Origin: Bacteroidota bacterium
GTDB taxonomy: Bacteria; Bacteroidota; Bacteroidia; Chitinophagales; Saprospiraceae
Assembly (NCBI GenBank): GCA_029567325.1
Contig: JAKQLF010000055.1
Coordinates: 1,581 to 65,580 of the forward strand
Length of the DNA: 64,000 bases
Reading direction: 5' to 3'
Below, piece after piece: positions 9,740-19,693 of this stretch. Numbering within the stretch: the first letter of the stretch is position 1; each line of letters starts with the position of its first letter. The notes under the pieces are model-generated. The model was not told the DNA's origin. It did not search any database and saw only the letters and a program-made list of their open reading frames with translations. A program made the translations under genes and the position numbers.

Positions 9740-10499
9740 CGTCGATGAAATTGATTTCAGACCAATTTTTTTGCATGTCTTCCAACTGATCATTTACCCA
9801 TGCAACTACCCTATCCTTCAATTCTTCGCCATCAGTATCTGTCATTGGTGGACCAAATTTCAACTTTACTTCTGATTTCCATTTTGAAAATTGCGTAGCA
9901 AACTGGACAAAGAAATTTTCATACCTCCACAAATCAGAGTCGTATTTATATTCCATAGCAACAGGCACAACGGTAATGTTATTGCGGGTAGCTTCCAGAA
10001 AAGAGCCAACTTTAAATGGCAAAGTCTGGTGACTCAGACCGATCGTACCTTCAGGATAAACCAAAACGTTGTATCCATTTTTGATGGTATCAACCATCAT
10101 TTCTCTTACAGCATTTCGAGAGTCCTTATTATTCCTTTTGACATATAATACACCAGTGAGTTTTGCTCCCCAATTGATTACTGGATAATTAGCCACTTCT
10201 GCCTTAGCGATCACATATGCATCTAAATAATTGCACAATACCAAAGGGTCGCTGAATGAGCGGTGATTACACACATATAAAGCGCTTCCCGATTGAGGTT
10301 TTCCTTCATGACTCACCTGGATATTCAGAACGGGTAAACCTACGTACTTCAACCAATTTTTCCGTAATGCAAAAGCTCGTTTCGGATTATCGCCGAAGAT
10401 AGGTTTTGTGATGATGTAATAAAATAACCACAAAAGCATTGCACCAATAACGATGATTGCTCTCAAAAAGGCCAAAATATATCCAAATGGCTGTATCAA
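9720..10499 (-). CDS. Lysophospholipid acyltransferase (PlsC family)
   Basis: NHRSFSD and YPEGT motifs. Confidence 0.9.
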   Translation of the reverse strand: MIQPFGYILAFLRAIIVIGAMLLWLFYYIITKPIFGDNPKRAFALRKNWLKYVGLPVLNIQVSHEGKPQSGSALYVCNHRSFSDPLVLCNYLDAYVIAKAEVANYPVINWGAKLTGVLYVKRNNKDSRNAVREMMVDTIKNGYNVLVYPEGTIGLSHQTLPFKVGSFLEATRNNITVVPVAMEYKYDSDLWRYENFFVQFATQFSKWKSEVKLKFGPPMTDTDGEELKDRVVAWVNDQLEDMQKNWSEINFIDDAKTFS

Positions 10500-10503
10500 A
10501 TGT

Positions 10504-12021
10504 TTAAGAAGTTTTCTCTGGTTTCATTTGAGGAAAGAACAGAACATCTTGAATAGAATTTTGATTGGTCATGATCATTGCCAATCGATCCATTCCTATA
10601 CCCAATCCAGCAGTCGGTGGCATTCCATACTCCAACGATCTGAGGAAATCTTCATCCAACATCATGGCTTCTTCATCACCCCTTTTGCCCAATTCTAGTT
10701 GTGACTCAAATCTTTCTCTTTGATCGATAGGATCATTGAGCTCAGAAAAAGAATTACAAATTTCTTTGGCATTGCAGATGGCTTCAAATCTTTCGACAAG
10801 ACCAGGTTTAGTTTTATGTTTTTTGGCAAGCGGAGACATTTCTACAGGATAATCAGTAATAAATGTAGGCTGAATGAGTTTGTGCTCTACGTGTTCACCA
10901 AAAATTTCATCAATGATTTTGCCTTTACCCATGGTATTGTCAACATGCACTTTGAGACTAGCTGCAGCATCCCGCAATTGATCTTCGTCCATTTCTGATA
11001 TGTCAACGCCTGTAAATTCTTGAATGGCTTCATACATGGTATATCGCTTCCATGGAGCTTTGAAGTTGAGGACATTTTCGCCGACTTGCACTTCCGTTGT
11101 TCCATGAAGATCTAAGGCCACTTTTTCGACCATTTCTTCCACTAAGCGCATCATCCACGCATAGTCTTTGTAAGCCACATATAATTCTATCTGAGTGAAT
11201 TCAGGATTGTGAAATCTGCTCATACCTTCATTGCGAAAATCCTTGCTAAACTCATAAACGCCATCATAACCACCAACGATCAACCTTTTGAGGTAAAGCT
11301 CATTGGCTATCCTCATATACAAAGTCATATCGAGGGTATTGTGGTGCGTTTTAAATGGTCTGGCCGCTGCACCGCCGTACAAAGGTTGCAAAACAGGAGT
11401 CTCTACTTCCAAATATCCTTTTTCATTTAGATATTCTCTCATAGAGTTGTACATCCTAGTACGTTGTTCGAATACTTTTCTGACATGAGGATTTACGATT
11501 AAGTCCACATAACGCATTCTGTACCTTTGTTCTGGATCAGTAAAAGCATCGTGCACATTGCCATCAGCATCAGTCTTTACTACAGGTAAGGGTCTCAAAG
11601 TCTTTGAGAGCAATTTCATTGAAGAAACATGCACACTGATTTCACCTACTTGTGTAATGAAAACATGACCGGTGATTCCAATAAAATCGCCCAAGTCCAT
11701 CAATTTCTTGAAAACATCGTTGTACAAGGTTTTATCTTCATCGGGACACAACTCATCCCTGTTTAGATAAATTTGGATACGACCTGTGCTATCCATAATT
11801 TCTGCGAATGAAGCTTTACCCATGATGCGTTTGGACATCAATCTTCCCGCAAGGCTTACATTTGCAAATTGCTCATCTCCTTCTTTATATCCTTCCTTGA
11901 TTTTATCTACCTTCATGTTTACCTCAAAAGTATCACTCGGAAAAGGGTCAATGCCCAAGTCCAACAATTTCTGAAGGTTCTCTCTTCTGATGATTTCTTG
12001 TTCGCTCAAATGTTTTTGCAT
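10504..12021 (-). CDS. lysS: Lysine--tRNA ligase (class II)
   Basis: [38 protein letters not shown]; start placed at ATG 12021 because a TATTTTTG promoter motif lies in the longer ORF extension. Confidence 0.97.
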   Translation of the reverse strand: MQKHLSEQEIIRRENLQKLLDLGIDPFPSDTFEVNMKVDKIKEGYKEGDEQFANVSLAGRLMSKRIMGKASFAEIMDSTGRIQIYLNRDELCPDEDKTLYNDVFKKLMDLGDFIGITGHVFITQVGEISVHVSSMKLLSKTLRPLPVVKTDADGNVHDAFTDPEQRYRMRYVDLIVNPHVRKVFEQRTRMYNSMREYLNEKGYLEVETPVLQPLYGGAAARPFKTHHNTLDMTLYMRIANELYLKRLIVGGYDGVYEFSKDFRNEGMSRFHNPEFTQIELYVAYKDYAWMMRLVEEMVEKVALDLHGTTEVQVGENVLNFKAPWKRYTMYEAIQEFTGVDISEMDEDQLRDAAASLKVHVDNTMGKGKIIDEIFGEHVEHKLIQPTFITDYPVEMSPLAKKHKTKPGLVERFEAICNAKEICNSFSELNDPIDQRERFESQLELGKRGDEEAMMLDEDFLRSLEYGMPPTAGLGIGMDRLAMIMTNQNSIQDVLFFPQMKPEKTS

Positions 12022-12152
12022 GCCGCTCAAAGTCTGTTGTTTTTGTAAAAAGTTGTGCAAAAATAATAGCTTAGACACTATGATGAGTCAATGTTGACTT
12101 ATTTTTTGAAAAATAGAGAATGTCAATCAATTATATATTAAATAAAACATAT

Positions 12153-12297
12153 TATAAGTCTGTAGACTTATATTTGAACTTTATAAGTCTGTAGACTTAT
12201 ATTTGCACTTTATAAGTCTGTAGGCTTATAATGATGCTTTATAAGTCTGTAGACTTATATTTGCACTTTATAAGTCTACAGACTTATATTTGTACTT
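12153..12297 (+). repeat. 5 x 29-bp tandem array of the 20-bp palindrome TATAAGTCT-NN-AGACTTATA with 9-bp linkers
   Basis: Palindromes start at 12153, 12182, 12211, 12240 and 12269; linkers are TTTGAACTT, TTTGCACTT, ATGATGCTT, TTTGCACTT, TTTGTACTT. Confidence 0.97.
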
Positions 12298-12319
12298 TAT
12301 TTGTAAAAACTAAAAAAAC

Positions 12320-12955
12320 ATGATCTTGAAAGCTGTAATTACAGGAGATTTAATATCATCATCAATTTTCAAACCTGAGCAGAGAAAAACAATTCAGATT
12401 CATTTAAAAGATGTGCTTGAAAAAATTTATGCAATTGATGAAACAAAATTCTTTATTTTCAGAGGCGATAGTATACAAGGAATCATAACTAACCCAAAAT
12501 ATGCATTAAGAGATGCCATATTTATTAAAGCTGGATTAAAATCATTGCAATTTGACAAAGGGAAAAGGGCATCAAATGTTGACATCAGATTATCAATCGG
12601 TCTGGGGGAGATATCATTTTATGGAGAATCTATTCAAGAATCTGACGGTCCAGCATTTCATTTTTCAGGAAGAGAGTTGGAAAATTTAAAAAAATCGAAT
12701 CGAAGTTTATCTTTGACAAGTGCAGATGATGGCGAAAACAAAAAATGGCAAGTTATTTTAGGTTTGATGGAAGATGTAATGACAAAATGGACAATATCAT
12801 CAGCAGAAATTGTTTATAATTTATTATTAGTAAATAATGAAGCAGCCATCAGCGAAATTTTAAAAATAAGTCAGCCAGCAGTAAATTTGAGAAAAAAGCA
12901 TGCAGGTTGGGAAGCTATAAAAGCAACCATAGAATATTATGAGCATTCATTTTAA
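12320..12955 (+). CDS. SatD family protein (nucleotidyl-cyclase-like palm plus C-terminal HTH)
   Basis: VITGDLISS, FRGDSIQ, DIRLSIGLG, SDGPAF; HTH-like ISEILKISQPAVNLR. Confidence 0.85.
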   Translation: MILKAVITGDLISSSIFKPEQRKTIQIHLKDVLEKIYAIDETKFFIFRGDSIQGIITNPKYALRDAIFIKAGLKSLQFDKGKRASNVDIRLSIGLGEISFYGESIQESDGPAFHFSGRELENLKKSNRSLSLTSADDGENKKWQVILGLMEDVMTKWTISSAEIVYNLLLVNNEAAISEILKISQPAVNLRKKHAGWEAIKATIEYYEHSF

Positions 12956-12964
12956 AATTGGATA

Positions 12965-13669
12965 ATGATAACCTTATTGAAATTAGTATTGTCTCATTTA
13001 TTGATAAGTTTTTTCATTCTGCCCAAAAAATGGAGTGATGAAAAAGAAGAAAAAGGTTTTAAATCAAAATATTTATACCTGCAGACTGCAATCATTGGAA
13101 TTGGGGCTTTAATTGCCCTTTCAGATATAAAGTATTGGATTATTGTAGTTTTAATTGTTATAAGTCACTTGCTGATTGAAGCCTGTAGAATAAAATTTTT
13201 AAGTGTAAATTTATTATCTTTTCTTTTAGTACAATTTTTACATTTAGTTGTTTTTATTTATTGTGTAACCTATTTAATGGCCGAACCCATTGCGATAAAC
13301 TTTTCTATAAACACTATAAATCTTGCAATAATTGTTGGCTTTCTCTTTATCACTTGCCCTGCTGGTATTATTGTAAATTTAGCAACTAAATCCTGGCAAG
13401 AAGAAATAAATCAAACTAAAGAAGAAAGAGACAGTCTAGAAAATGCAGGAAAATGGATTGGTATTTTCGAGAGAATTTTAATTCTTATTTTTATCCTAAT
13501 AAACGAATCACAGGCGATAGGATTTCTTATAGCGGCTAAATCAATTTTGAGGTTTAGCGATAGAAATCAAGACCGTCAAAGAAAAGAAACTGAATATGTC
13601 TTAATTGGAACACTAATTAGTGTAACAATTGCCATTTGTATAGGAATAGCCTTAAAATCATTGTATTAA
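12965..13669 (+). CDS. DUF3307 family membrane protein (divergent)
   Basis: Multi-TM; LENAGKWIGIFER, IGFLIAAKSILRF, TEYVLIGTLIS motifs; directly follows satD. Confidence 0.8.
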   Translation: MITLLKLVLSHLLISFFILPKKWSDEKEEKGFKSKYLYLQTAIIGIGALIALSDIKYWIIVVLIVISHLLIEACRIKFLSVNLLSFLLVQFLHLVVFIYCVTYLMAEPIAINFSINTINLAIIVGFLFITCPAGIIVNLATKSWQEEINQTKEERDSLENAGKWIGIFERILILIFILINESQAIGFLIAAKSILRFSDRNQDRQRKETEYVLIGTLISVTIAICIGIALKSLY

Positions 13670-13672
13670 TCT

Positions 13673-13945
13673 ATGCTCAAAATAGCATTTCACAACAGCT
13701 ATAAATATGCTTTGCCAGAAGGCCATCGTTTCCCCATGATCAAATATGAACTGATCCCAGAACAATTATTATATGAAGGGACGGTGAATTCAGATAATTT
13801 TTTTATTCCCGATCAGTTGACTTCATCTGAAATTTTATTGACACACTCAGCCGAATATCTCCAAAAACTAGAATCGCAGACGCTATCTGAAAAGGAAATC
13901 AGACGCATTGGTTTTTTCCACTTTAAGAACTTTCAAACTTTATGA
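13673..13945 (+). pseudogene. 5' fragment of a histone deacetylase-family gene
   Basis: LPEGHRFPMIKYELIPEQLL...RRIGF matches the HDAC-family N-terminus; the frame then runs into a repeat and stops at 90 aa, before the catalytic motifs. Confidence 0.8.
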
Positions 13946-13999
13946 ACTTTCAAACTTTATGAACTTTCCACTTTAAGAGCTTTCAAACTTTATGAACTC
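13915..13999. repeat. Degenerate tandem repeat of TTTCAAAC / TTTATGAAC / TTTCCAC units
   Basis: About 10 units of 7-9 bp; related copy at 48072-48125. Confidence 0.9.
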
Positions 14000-14473
14000 T
14001 TACCTTTTCTGCTTCAAAGACCAAGAAACCACAAAAGAAGCAACCATTTCTCCCTTTTCATTGATTGCCGTAGAATGCAAATCAAAAGTCCCAGTTCCAG
14101 TTTGCGAAGCCATGATTTTCTTAATTTCATCTTGTACAACAAGGCCATCTTCACAGATAAAACTGATCACTCCAACCGCTTTTTTACTAAAATTAGCTTT
14201 GAAGTCGGTGACTAACATGGACCAATTACCATTACCTTCAATGTGGTGCATGACCAAACCTCCTGTAGAAAGCTCTGCCGAACCACAAAGCGCCGAAAAG
14301 TACATCGATTTAAATGGGTTTTGGTTTGTCCAACCATATTTCGTTTTGACCACACATTTCGCATCATCCAAACTGAATACTTTAACACCCCAAAAAAATA
14401 AACTGGGTAGTTTAGTAAATACAAACCACCGATACTTTAAAGGATTGAGAAGTATGTTACTGATTTTGCTCAT
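14000..14473 (-). CDS. DUF4442 / hotdog-fold thioesterase-like protein
   Basis: NQNPFKSMYF and AELSTG motifs. Confidence 0.8.
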   Translation of the reverse strand: MSKISNILLNPLKYRWFVFTKLPSLFFWGVKVFSLDDAKCVVKTKYGWTNQNPFKSMYFSALCGSAELSTGGLVMHHIEGNGNWSMLVTDFKANFSKKAVGVISFICEDGLVVQDEIKKIMASQTGTGTFDLHSTAINEKGEMVASFVVSWSLKQKR

Positions 14474-15263
14474 TTGTCTTGGGGTTATTTAAATTTTTAA
14501 GGAAAGTTATAGCTATTTCATTAAAAGTTTGTGGTTGCTCAACATTGACCACATGACCACATTGATCAATAACTTTCAAAATCGCTTTTGACTGATTCTT
14601 TACCAAATCACGGATGGGTTCCAAAAACATATAATCTTCACTACCCATGATGAATAGGGTTGGAATTCCGATGTCTTTCGTCCTGTGTATTTTGAGTAAA
14701 TTATTGATGGAAGAAGTCAATTTATACCATCTTACAAATTCTTTTTGTGCCACTTTTCTTGCCTCAAAAACAAACATCGATCTTGCTTCTTTGTGATTCT
14801 TTCTGGGTAAAATGACAAATGCAAACAATTTATACAATAACATGTAGGGAAGAACAGACTTAAACCATTGCCCTAGCTTCATCAAGATTTTGCCTCTAAG
14901 ATTAAACTTCAGGATTGCACCACCTAAAATCATGGAATCGACGCGATCTGGAAAATGTTCGGCTATTTCTCTGATGATGATCGTACCAAGAGATATCCCT
15001 GTAAAATGACTTGATTTTATTTCCAAATGATCCAACACTTCAAGCACTTCCCTACTGATGTCTTTAAAAGTGTAAGAAGATTGAACTTCTCCTTTAGTAG
15101 AGTTGCCGTGTCCTCTCAAATCAATAAGTAGAATTCTATAATGAGCAGAGAATGCCTTGATTTGCTTGAACCAAATAGAAGAACTACCCCCTGCCCCATG
15201 GACAAAAGTAACCCAAGGAGCGTCCTTGTTTTCTTCACCAAATATTTTATAATGTAATAACAT
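14457..15263 (-). CDS. Alpha/beta hydrolase
   Basis: HGAGG, DLRGHG, GISLG nucleophile motif, CGHVVNVE. Confidence 0.9.
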   Translation of the reverse strand: MLLHYKIFGEENKDAPWVTFVHGAGGSSSIWFKQIKAFSAHYRILLIDLRGHGNSTKGEVQSSYTFKDISREVLEVLDHLEIKSSHFTGISLGTIIIREIAEHFPDRVDSMILGGAILKFNLRGKILMKLGQWFKSVLPYMLLYKLFAFVILPRKNHKEARSMFVFEARKVAQKEFVRWYKLTSSINNLLKIHRTKDIGIPTLFIMGSEDYMFLEPIRDLVKNQSKAILKVIDQCGHVVNVEQPQTFNEIAITFLKNLNNPKTNEQNQ

Positions 15264-15344
15264 TTAAAATTCCTAAACAGCTTTTGCCGATAAAAGATCA
15301 AAAATAGCTTATTTCGCCACTTAACAGATACTAAAAAGTCCATT

Positions 15345-16472
15345 TTGGAAATAATCGCAAAAACATTACAAGGATTAGAAGGCATTCTTGCGGGTGAAAT
15401 TGAAGCCTTGGGAGGAACAAATATCACCCCTCTCAAACGAGCTGTGAAGTATGAAGGTGACCTAGAATTACTTTACAAATCAAACTATTTGCTACGTACG
15501 GCTTTGAGAATCATCACTCCTTTCAAAGAGGAAGTAGTAAAAAATGAACATCAACTTTATAAAAAAGTCTATGATTATCCATGGGAAGAATTGTTTTCTG
15601 TCAAAGATTCTTTTTCAATCAATCCGATCGTAAACTCTGAAATTTTCAGGCACTCTCAATATGCTGGTCTAAAAACAAAAGATGCCATTGTGGATCGTTT
15701 TAGGGATAAATTTGGGCGTAGACCCAATGTCAATCCTGTAAATGCTTTGATACAACTAGACCTACACATCAGAGAGGATAAATTGACTTTGTCCTTGGAC
15801 AGCAGTGGCCATTCATTACATATGCGAGGATATAGAATGTACCCTGTAGAAGCCCCGCTCAATGAAGTACTGGCTGCTGGAATTGTAATGCTTTCTGGTT
15901 GGAATGGCACAGATACTTTTGTTGATCCAATGTGTGGTTCTGGCACCATTTTGATCGAAGCAGCGAGAATTGCTGGAAACATTCCGCCACAAAGGAAAGA
16001 TGTTTCCTTTTGCTTTCAGAACTGGACCAATTATGATGTTAAACTTTGGGAGAAAATCATCGCAGAAGCTGATGCAAATATTAAACCTATTGAATGTGAA
16101 ATCCTTGGTTTTGACAAGTCTCTTCAATGTGTCAAAGCATCTGAAACCAATATATTGGAAGCGGGGTTGGAAAACAAAATAAAGGTAAGTCGCAAAGATT
16201 TTTTCTTACAAACCGACCTTCCAAAATGTTTGATCATCACCAATCCTCCTTATGATGAAAGGCTCAAATTGGAAGACGATATGTTGTTCTACAAACAAAT
16301 TGGTGATTTGATGAAAAAACAATTGACGGGGAGCGCCGTTTGGATATTTAGTGGTAACATGGAGGCACTAAAACACGTTGGTTTAAAACCATCCAAAAGA
16401 ATATCTTTGATGAATGGACCCATAGAAGCCGGTTTTTATAAGTTTGAAGTTTATGAAGGTAGTAAAAGATAA
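15345..16472 (+). CDS. THUMP-domain rRNA methyltransferase (RlmL/YpsC-like)
   Basis: DSSGHSLHMRGYR, APLNE, DPMCGSGT, NPPY motifs. Confidence 0.9.
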   Translation: MEIIAKTLQGLEGILAGEIEALGGTNITPLKRAVKYEGDLELLYKSNYLLRTALRIITPFKEEVVKNEHQLYKKVYDYPWEELFSVKDSFSINPIVNSEIFRHSQYAGLKTKDAIVDRFRDKFGRRPNVNPVNALIQLDLHIREDKLTLSLDSSGHSLHMRGYRMYPVEAPLNEVLAAGIVMLSGWNGTDTFVDPMCGSGTILIEAARIAGNIPPQRKDVSFCFQNWTNYDVKLWEKIIAEADANIKPIECEILGFDKSLQCVKASETNILEAGLENKIKVSRKDFFLQTDLPKCLIITNPPYDERLKLEDDMLFYKQIGDLMKKQLTGSAVWIFSGNMEALKHVGLKPSKRISLMNGPIEAGFYKFEVYEGSKR

Positions 16473-16791
16473 AATATTATTGGTTGCTTTGGTAATGATC
16501 TGCATTTGCGGAAAGAACCTTAGTGCTCAAAGTTTTACTTTTATGAAACCTATATTCCAACTGGAAACACCAGTTTTAATGCCAATCCTATCACCTACTA
16601 GTTTCACTCATTCCGCCGATCGACTATCATTCAAAATAGACCAAAAACTATCCTCAACTAAAAAGGATTATCTAGAAAATCTCCCTCTTTTTTGTAGAAT
16701 GGAGGAGCTGATCTTCAAACAAAGTGGGTTAAACCTAAGGATCAATTTGGGAAGCAATGACCAGGTCAGAAAATTAGAAGGAAAATTTTGA
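16444..16791 (+). CDS. Hypothetical secreted protein
   Basis: Signal-like N-terminus; C-terminal LPLFCRME...LGSNDQVRKLEGK. Confidence 0.55.
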   Translation: MKFMKVVKDKILLVALVMICICGKNLSAQSFTFMKPIFQLETPVLMPILSPTSFTHSADRLSFKIDQKLSSTKKDYLENLPLFCRMEELIFKQSGLNLRINLGSNDQVRKLEGKF

Positions 16792-16839
16792 AATGGTATT
16801 ATCTTTGTAAACATTAATAAAATTTAAAAATACGTAGAA

Positions 16840-17397
16840 ATGAAAGTTAGAAATTCAATCACATTCTTTGCCATAGCTGCTCTTATCTTTTCTGGATCTG
16901 TTTTTTTTACTTCTTGCTCAGATCCAGTAAAAGGGTGTACAGATCCCAATGCTGAAAATTACAATGCTGATGCTGACGAATCAGACGCAACTCTTTGTAT
17001 ATATTCAAGAGATAAATTCATAGGAGACTATGGTGGAACACTTATTTGCCCAGGTCCTTTGAATGCACAAATAAACAATAGTGTTTATGACTTCAAGATT
17101 CAAGAAAGAGCAGGTGGTACTGTATCAGAAGTTACTGTAGGTGTTTCAGTTTTTGGAGCTCCAGTAAACTTGGCAGCAACTGTTAGTGGTTCGACCATTA
17201 CCATAGACCAAACCATTCCTAATGTTCCATTTACTGCAGCTCCTGGATTAACCATTACAGCAACCATTGTTGCAAAAGGAACAGCAAATTTGGCAGCAGA
17301 TAACAAAACATTAAGTGGTGTACTGAATGTAACAATTACAGCCGCAGCAATAGGTACGATTGCAGACGCATGTCCTATCACAGGTGTAAAAAAATAA
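16840..17397 (+). CDS. Hypothetical lipoprotein
   Basis: Lipobox FTSC, GCTDPNAENYN motif, followed by a terminator. Confidence 0.75.
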   Translation: MKVRNSITFFAIAALIFSGSVFFTSCSDPVKGCTDPNAENYNADADESDATLCIYSRDKFIGDYGGTLICPGPLNAQINNSVYDFKIQERAGGTVSEVTVGVSVFGAPVNLAATVSGSTITIDQTIPNVPFTAAPGLTITATIVAKGTANLAADNKTLSGVLNVTITAAAIGTIADACPITGVKK

Positions 17398-17410
17398 GAT
17401 TTTCATATTT

Positions 17411-17451
17411 AAATAAAAAAGGCATTGGATAATCCGATGCCTTTTTTATTT
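17411..17451 (+). terminator. Intrinsic terminator
   Basis: AAATAAAAAAGGCATTGGA-TAA-TCCGATGCCTTTTTTATTT. Confidence 0.85.
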
Positions 17452-17626
17452 GTATCCATTTTGTTGAACTTTTATTGATTTGAAAAAAGAAATCTCCGCT
17501 ACAAATGAGATCAAATTTTATGAAATTACATGAAATCAAAAAGAACAATATCGCAATTTTTCAACCACAAACCCAATTTTGCGTTTATGAAGGTAACAAA
17601 TTTAAAAACCGCCTCGTTATCATAAT

Positions 17627-18148
17627 ATGAAGCAATCCATCATATGTTTTTCCTTATCATTAGTGTTTTTCCTGACCTCGTGCTCGAAAGAAAACAACAA
17701 TGTATTTGACTTCAGACTTCAAAGTGTTCTAGAATTACCTGTGGGTTTAAACACAATAGAAACACATTATTTTATATTAAGAGACATCCCAACATTTTAT
17801 GCTGCAAATTTGCAAGCCAGGGGATTGTCTTCAGAAAATGTCAAAATTGTAAACGCTTCCAGAGGTATTTTTACCCCCAGATTTAATGGTTCTGATCTAA
17901 ATTTTATAAGGGCAGTAACGGTAAGCGCAATCAGTAAAAAAGCACCTTATAACAAAATTGAGATGTTTTATCAAGAGGACGTACCATTCAATCAAAATGA
18001 AGAATTGAAAATGTTGACTTCTTTGGGCGATCTTAAAAATTTGATGGCAGAAGAGAAAATAGACTTAGAAATTCGCTTGACTTTCAGGGCTTATCCCCCG
18101 CCTGGATTATCATTGCAACTAGATTATGGCTACTTAGTGCAAATCTAA
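17627..18148 (+). CDS. Hypothetical lipoprotein
   Basis: Lipobox LTSC. Confidence 0.7.
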   Translation: MKQSIICFSLSLVFFLTSCSKENNNVFDFRLQSVLELPVGLNTIETHYFILRDIPTFYAANLQARGLSSENVKIVNASRGIFTPRFNGSDLNFIRAVTVSAISKKAPYNKIEMFYQEDVPFNQNEELKMLTSLGDLKNLMAEEKIDLEIRLTFRAYPPPGLSLQLDYGYLVQI

Positions 18149-18158
18149 ATTAAAAGAT

Positions 18159-18461
18159 ATGATAAAAATCAAATTGTACATGGTGGAATTTGACATTCCA
18201 GAAACCAACCAAGAAGATTGGTTTGACCTCATACCTTTGCAAAGATCCAAAGTGTCCAATTATTTGACAGCAGGTGTCATACTCAATTATGTGCTCAATG
18301 CAGATAGAACCAAATTATGGTTGGTATGCGTAGCAGAAAATGAAAACACTTTACAACATTTGGTAGAAAGTTTACCTCTCACCGCATACTTTTATTACAA
18401 CTACCATGAACTAATGTTGTATGATTCTGTTTCCACCTTCGCGTCTTTCTCCATGAACTAA
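18159..18461 (+). CDS. Muconolactone-isomerase-like dimeric alpha/beta barrel protein
   Basis: YMVEF...LIPLQR...DRTKLW...SLPL pattern; 100 aa. Confidence 0.6.
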   Translation: MIKIKLYMVEFDIPETNQEDWFDLIPLQRSKVSNYLTAGVILNYVLNADRTKLWLVCVAENENTLQHLVESLPLTAYFYYNYHELMLYDSVSTFASFSMN

Positions 18462-18470
18462 AAGTGCTTT

Positions 18471-19667
18471 ATGCCTATTCGTCAAAAAATGTATGCACTC
18501 TTCGTGTTGAGTGTCATCAATTTCACCCATATTGTAGATTCTATGATCATCATGCCTTTGGGCGATACTTTCATACACGAATTTGACATTACGACTTTTC
18601 AATATTCATTTTTAGTTTCCTCATATGCGATTGCTGCTGCCATTGCCAGTCTGGTCGGCATTTTTTTCATAGACAGATATGATAGAAAAAAAGTGTTGCT
18701 ATTTTGTTACCTAGGTTTTGGCATTGGAACATTGATCTGTGCTTATAGTCCAGGTTATTATCTTTTAACTACTGCCAGGTTCTTTACTGGTCTATTTGGA
18801 GGGCTTATTGGTGCAATCGGATTAAGTATTGTGAGCGACTTATTTACCTTTCAAGAAAGAGGAAAAGCCATGGGATTTCTTTATGCAGCCTTCTCAGCTG
18901 CCTCTGCGTTTGGTGTACCGATTGGCATTTATCTAGCCGCGAAATCAAATTGGCAACTCCCTTTCCTAGTCATTGGAGGTTTAGCAATACTTATTTCTAT
19001 TTTGATTTATTTCACCTTCCCCAACCTTACGGCACACCTGTCTAAAATTCCTAAAAAGGTCAGTTTTAGTTCATTGACAAATATATTAGAGGATAAAAAT
19101 CAGGTCAATGCATTGTTAGCTGGTTTTGTTTTGGTCATGGCACATTTCATGATCATTCCATTTATCTCGCCTTTTATGATTAAAAACATAGGATTTAGTC
19201 CTGAGCAAATTTCACTGCAATTCATGTTGGGCGGCATTGCGACAATGATCACGTCACCTTATATTGGTAGAATGACGGATAAAATAGGTTTCATGAAAGT
19301 ATTCGTCGCCGTAATGACGCTAAGTTTTATCCCAACCATCATCATCACCAATTTGCAACCAGTTCCTGTAGGTATTGCCCTTATTTTTACAACGTTATTT
19401 TTTGTCTTTGGCAGCGGTAGAATGATCTCTCCAAACACCATCATTACGGCGAGCGCCCCAACTGTGACTCGGGGAAGTTTTATGGCTTTGAAATCTTCTT
19501 TACAACAACTTGCCATCGCCTTTACAGGTATAATTTCAGGAAACATCATTGCCATTGGCGCTGACGGGAAGTATGAAAACTACGCATATGTAGGAGCATT
19601 ATCAGTAATTTTGGGAATTGTCACTTTCTATTTTATCGCAAAACTGAAAGTTGCAGAAGGAAATTAA
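18471..19667 (+). CDS. MFS transporter
   Basis: About 12 TM segments; DRYDRK motif A; ERGKAMG. Confidence 0.92.
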   Translation: MPIRQKMYALFVLSVINFTHIVDSMIIMPLGDTFIHEFDITTFQYSFLVSSYAIAAAIASLVGIFFIDRYDRKKVLLFCYLGFGIGTLICAYSPGYYLLTTARFFTGLFGGLIGAIGLSIVSDLFTFQERGKAMGFLYAAFSAASAFGVPIGIYLAAKSNWQLPFLVIGGLAILISILIYFTFPNLTAHLSKIPKKVSFSSLTNILEDKNQVNALLAGFVLVMAHFMIIPFISPFMIKNIGFSPEQISLQFMLGGIATMITSPYIGRMTDKIGFMKVFVAVMTLSFIPTIIITNLQPVPVGIALIFTTLFFVFGSGRMISPNTIITASAPTVTRGSFMALKSSLQQLAIAFTGIISGNIIAIGADGKYENYAYVGALSVILGIVTFYFIAKLKVAEGN

Positions 19668-19693
19668 TCTTGAACTGCTCTTTTAGTCTTTAT

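Noticed and set aside
12153..12297. CRISPR array
   Set aside because: Linkers are 9 bp and nearly identical, and there are no cas genes in the window.
13992..14492. 166-aa plus-strand ORF as a continuation of the deacetylase
   Set aside because: Antisense to the DUF4442 gene and has no HDAC motifs.
17560..17620. AAC-N16/17-CGTT ECF-like promoter motifs (also near 38195-38225 on the minus strand)
   Set aside because: Too short and degenerate to support without TSS data.
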